From: Anaerolineaceae bacterium
GTDB lineage: Bacteria > Chloroflexota > Anaerolineae > Anaerolineales > Anaerolineaceae
Reading direction: 5' to 3'
DNA length: 55,028 bases
Assembly (NCBI GenBank): GCA_003446605.1
Contig: DMDF01000072.1
Coordinates: forward strand, 1-55,028
Shown here: positions 54,278 to 55,028 of the stretch, in pieces
Layout of the letters: every line of letters starts with the position of its first letter
Position numbering within the stretch: the first letter of the stretch is position 1
Notes under the pieces: generated by a model
Seen by the model: only the letters and a program-made list of their open reading frames with translations
The model's database searches: none
What the model was told of the DNA's origin: nothing
Position numbers and translations under genes: made by a program

Positions 54278-55028
54278 CTATTTCACAAGTTCCTTTTGAA
54301 GAGTATTTGTCATTTCAGCCAGAAGATTCGCATCAATGGATCGCTGTGCTTGTATCAGTGCAGATTCTATGGCACGTGTATTAGAACGACCGTGTCCGAT
54401 CAGTACCAAACCATCTACACCCAGGAGCGGAAGAGCACCGATCTCGTCGGGGTCCATCATTTTTTTCAAATTTCTGAAAGCAGGTTGAGCAAGCGCAGCA
54501 CCGATTTTGTTACGCGTTGATGAGTACAATTCTGATTTTAACGAATCGAACATGAATTTTGCAATTGCCTCACTACCTTTGAGAAATACATTTCCTACAA
54601 ATCCATCCATAACAACCACATCCACCTTGCCGCCAAAAACTTCTTTGCCTTCCACGTTTCCAATAAAATTGAGATTGGTTTCTTTCAACAAAAGATATGT
54701 TTCTTTAACAAGTGCATTCCCTTTACCAGCCTCTTCGCCATTTGCTAGTAAACCAATACGGGGATTTTCAATTCCAAGCATGATCTTCGCATAGGTACTA
54801 CCAAAGAGTGCAAATTGCACGAGGAATTCAGGTTTGCAATCCACATTTACTCCCACATCAACTGCAACACATTTTCCGCTTTGCGTAGGGATCACTGCCG
54901 GTAGAGCAGGTCGTTCAACCCCTTTGATCCTACCTAAAGTGCGGATGGCATTGAACATTGCTCCACCGGTATTTCCAGCCGTTACAAATGCACTTTGTTC
55001 CAAAATTTTTAGCTGATTGATTCCAACA
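54278..55028 (-). CDS. plsX: Phosphate acyltransferase PlsX (N-terminus outside window)
   Basis: FVTAGNTGGAM...GRIKGVERPALPAVIPT...VDVGVNVDCKPEFLVQFALFGS...NFIGNVEGKE...DGFVGNV. The frame stays open to the window edge, so the TTG at 55003 is not the true start. Confidence 0.9.
   Translation of the reverse strand, partial: VGINQLKILEQSAFVTAGNTGGAMFNAIRTLGRIKGVERPALPAVIPTQSGKCVAVDVGVNVDCKPEFLVQFALFGSTYAKIMLGIENPRIGLLANGEEAGKGNALVKETYLLLKETNLNFIGNVEGKEVFGGKVDVVVMDGFVGNVFLKGSEAIAKFMFDSLKSELYSSTRNKIGAALAQPAFRNLKKMMDPDEIGALPLLGVDGLVLIGHGRSNTRAIESALIQAQRSIDANLLAEMTNTLQKELVK

Noticed and set aside
1-55028. Compositional heterogeneity suggesting horizontal transfer.
   Set aside because: Hand counts of a few 60-nt lines gave about 47-58% GC in parts of 1-12.9 kb. 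They gave about 37-43% GC in 13.1-15.2 kb and about 20-40% GC in 41.6-47 kb. That sample is too small and variable (sigma copy 2 gave about 38%). A sliding-window GC/GC3 and tetranucleotide analysis against the whole genome is needed before any claim.
1-55028. A search by eye for CRISPR arrays, IS elements, transposases, integrases, phage genes, toxin-antitoxin pairs and rRNA.
   Set aside because: I saw no regularly spaced direct repeats, no DDE, serine or tyrosine recombinase motifs, and no rRNA-like sequence. The only repeats noted are the (AT)n tract and the operator-like 16-mers.

Overview
This 55 kb window reads as a bacterial chromosomal segment with about 60 protein genes and one tRNA-Asp. 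I found no rRNA, CRISPR array, transposase, integrase or prophage genes. The lineage cannot be verified here; the gene content vaguely suggests a Chloroflexota/Anaerolineae-like monoderm.

**(1) 1-17.8 kb, envelope-signalling island.** It holds two paralogous ECF sigma genes and three related anti-sigma-like single-pass membrane proteins, two of them in tandem behind one sigma. It also holds a membrane-tethered LuxR-type regulator, PD40/WD40 beta-propeller (lipo)proteins, and an OmpR/histidine-kinase pair with a tightly linked lipoprotein.

**(2) 18-41 kb, mostly housekeeping.** Genes here are tRNA-Asp, ndk, a TPR protein, rpoD, pseudouridine synthases, gnd-zwf, smpB, hutH, an L,D-transpeptidase, pgeF, hsp20, trxA, murA and a GlmS-isomerase-only protein.

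**(3) 41.1-47.1 kb, the most interesting locus.** This is a tightly packed Dlt-like acylation operon. In order it encodes a lipoprotein, an unannotated 40-codon DltX-like peptide ending in W-I-Y-Q-G-F, an MBOAT, a membrane-anchored GDS/SGNH protein, a 'GDC...DDFH' SGNH-like lipoprotein, an acyl carrier protein and an acyl-AMP-ligase-type adenylating enzyme. A GT-C/GT87-like membrane protein follows it.

**(4) 48.5-55 kb, housekeeping.** Genes here are a PPi-type phosphofructokinase, a NUDIX hydrolase, rsmD, gtrA, UDP-glucuronate decarboxylase, scpB, rluB, a NERD-like membrane protein and a partial plsX.

All calls rest on motifs read by eye from the supplied translations and sequence. No database searches were run.
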